64,000 bases of DNA from Ramazzottius varieornatus (taxonomy: Eukaryota; Animalia; Tardigrada), in assembly GCA_001949185.1 (NCBI GenBank), contig BDGG01000003.1, forward strand, positions 3,703,158 to 3,767,157, read 5' to 3'. Of the stretch, positions 62,695 to 64,000 are shown piece after piece (position 1 is the stretch's first letter; the number at the start of each line of letters is the position of its first letter). The position numbers were made by a program, and so were the translations under genes. Below the pieces are notes generated by a model. The model ran no database searches. It was not told the DNA's origin and saw nothing but the letters and a program-made list of their open reading frames with translations.

Positions 62695-64000
62695 TGGTTT
62701 CGAGTTACGCTTGCGGAATCCTAGCCGTGGAGTTGGCCAGAATAATTTGCGCCCGGTAGCGACGGAAGGAAGGCTGATCGGTCGAGGTAGCAACACAGGC
62801 GACCCGTAGTATGGTGGAGTACCTTGTAAGGAAAACTGGTCCCAGGATTCTAAGCTGTCGATAGAGACCACGGAAGATGTGGGCATTGTCAACTGACTTC
62901 CAATCGATGCGTTGTTGATGGTGCCGCACGACTTGGACTTTCTGGACGTGGGACTGGGTCGTCGAATAACAAATGATGTTTGCACGGCACTTTCCATGTA
63001 TCTCCGACGATCTAGCTTCTTTCTGCCAGACACTTTCTTCACTTCCGCTGGCGCTTTCTTCTTGGGCTTTGAAGAAAGGGAGTTTTCCGAGGCAGTTGGC
63101 GCCGGCTTGACGGAGGGCTGATCCCGCTTCTTTAGGGAGTTTTGAATATTGGCCAGAAGCCAAACTAGGCCACAAGGAAAAATCATGAAGATGACGGACA
63201 TAACTTGCAACAACAAACGCCACCGTGTATCGTTGACTGAGATGAATTCCGCAACGAGGGAAACGGTGAAATGCATAAAAATAATCAGCCAGATAAAGGA
63301 CTTGGCTCGGTCCGTAGGNNNNNNNNNNNNNNNNNNNNNNNNNNNNNNNNNNNNNNNNNNNNNNNNNNNNNNNNNNNNNNNNNNNNNNNNNNNNNNNNNN
63401 NNNNNNNNNNNNNNNNNNNNNNNNNNNNNNNNNNNNNNNNNNNNNNNNNNNNNNNNNNNNNNNNNNNNNNNNNNNNNNNNNNNNNNNNNNNNNNNNNNNN
63501 NNNNNNNNNNNNNNNNNNNNNNNNNNNNNNNNNNNNNNNNNNNNNNNNNNNNNNNNNNNNNNNNNNNNNNNNNNNNNNNNNNNNNNNNNNNNNNNNNNNN
63601 NNNNNNNNNNNNNNNNGGATCGTGTAGTCCGCTGAAATGTTCAAACTGTGGCGGTGAACATGAGAGTCTGATTGGGAAACTGACTTTTGATATTGATCCC
63701 CGCGAAGAAGCAACTGAAGGCCACGGAAAAATATCCAAAGGAAAACATGTAGATATGAAAACTCCTGAAAGAAGAATAAATACAGTATAAAATGGGGGCC
63801 GACAAACAATCTCTGATAGTCGCTCTCACTGAGGCGCACACTTTCATCCAATAACACCGGAAACGTACACCACTTGAGAAAGCGTTTCTGTGGAGTTTGC
63901 CGAATTGGCGCACGTTTGCAGTCTCATTAGCCGGGAACATGCGCCACTTGATATAGCGATCTTCCCCAAATATATTTACGTCTTTCTCGGATTGAGCTGG
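62695..64000 (-). repeat. Inverted near-identical duplicate of ~42718..43860 (PRRT-like intron 1 and part of exon 2), 3'-truncated
   Basis: Translations are identical to the + strand ORFs (e.g. KSFIWLIIFMHF...GFRKRNSKP); breakpoint after AACTCGAAACCA; small indels only next to the N-gap. Confidence 0.95.
63319..63616. other. Assembly gap (298 N)
   Basis: Run of N; the homologous copy implies only ~130 bp are missing. Confidence 1.

Noticed and set aside
62665-63857. Long ORFs spanning the N-gap
   Set aside because: Artefacts of translating N as X.

Overview
Eukaryotic, gene-dense genomic window with short GT-AG introns (mostly 50-100 nt), roughly balanced GC content and two N-gaps. It resembles a compact invertebrate genome such as a tardigrade; this is inferred from architecture and gene content, not proven. 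Recognisable spliced genes: GH38 Golgi alpha-mannosidase II (5' part), galactose-3-O-sulfotransferase, MsrA, follistatin-like FSTL4/5, calaxin/EFCAB1-like, WDR46/UTP7, TBCE, EFHC2-like, a CD39-family NTPDase with an atypical ACR4, a PRRT3/4-like multipass protein, LHPP and DNMT2/TRDMT1. Accessory content: a secreted lysozyme/SLT-like gene (GC-AG intron) with a decayed neighbour; a tandem family of uncharacterised four-repeat proteins carrying PPxY, a His-rich loop and a CaaX end (1 intact, 2 broken copies); several orphan secreted peptides; a nested BTB pseudogene; a tRNA-Lys-like relic; about 15 copies of one ~125-bp palindromic MITE plus at least five other MITEs; and an inverted near-identical duplicate of the PRRT-like gene at the right end. 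Exon structures were read by eye and no database searches were run.
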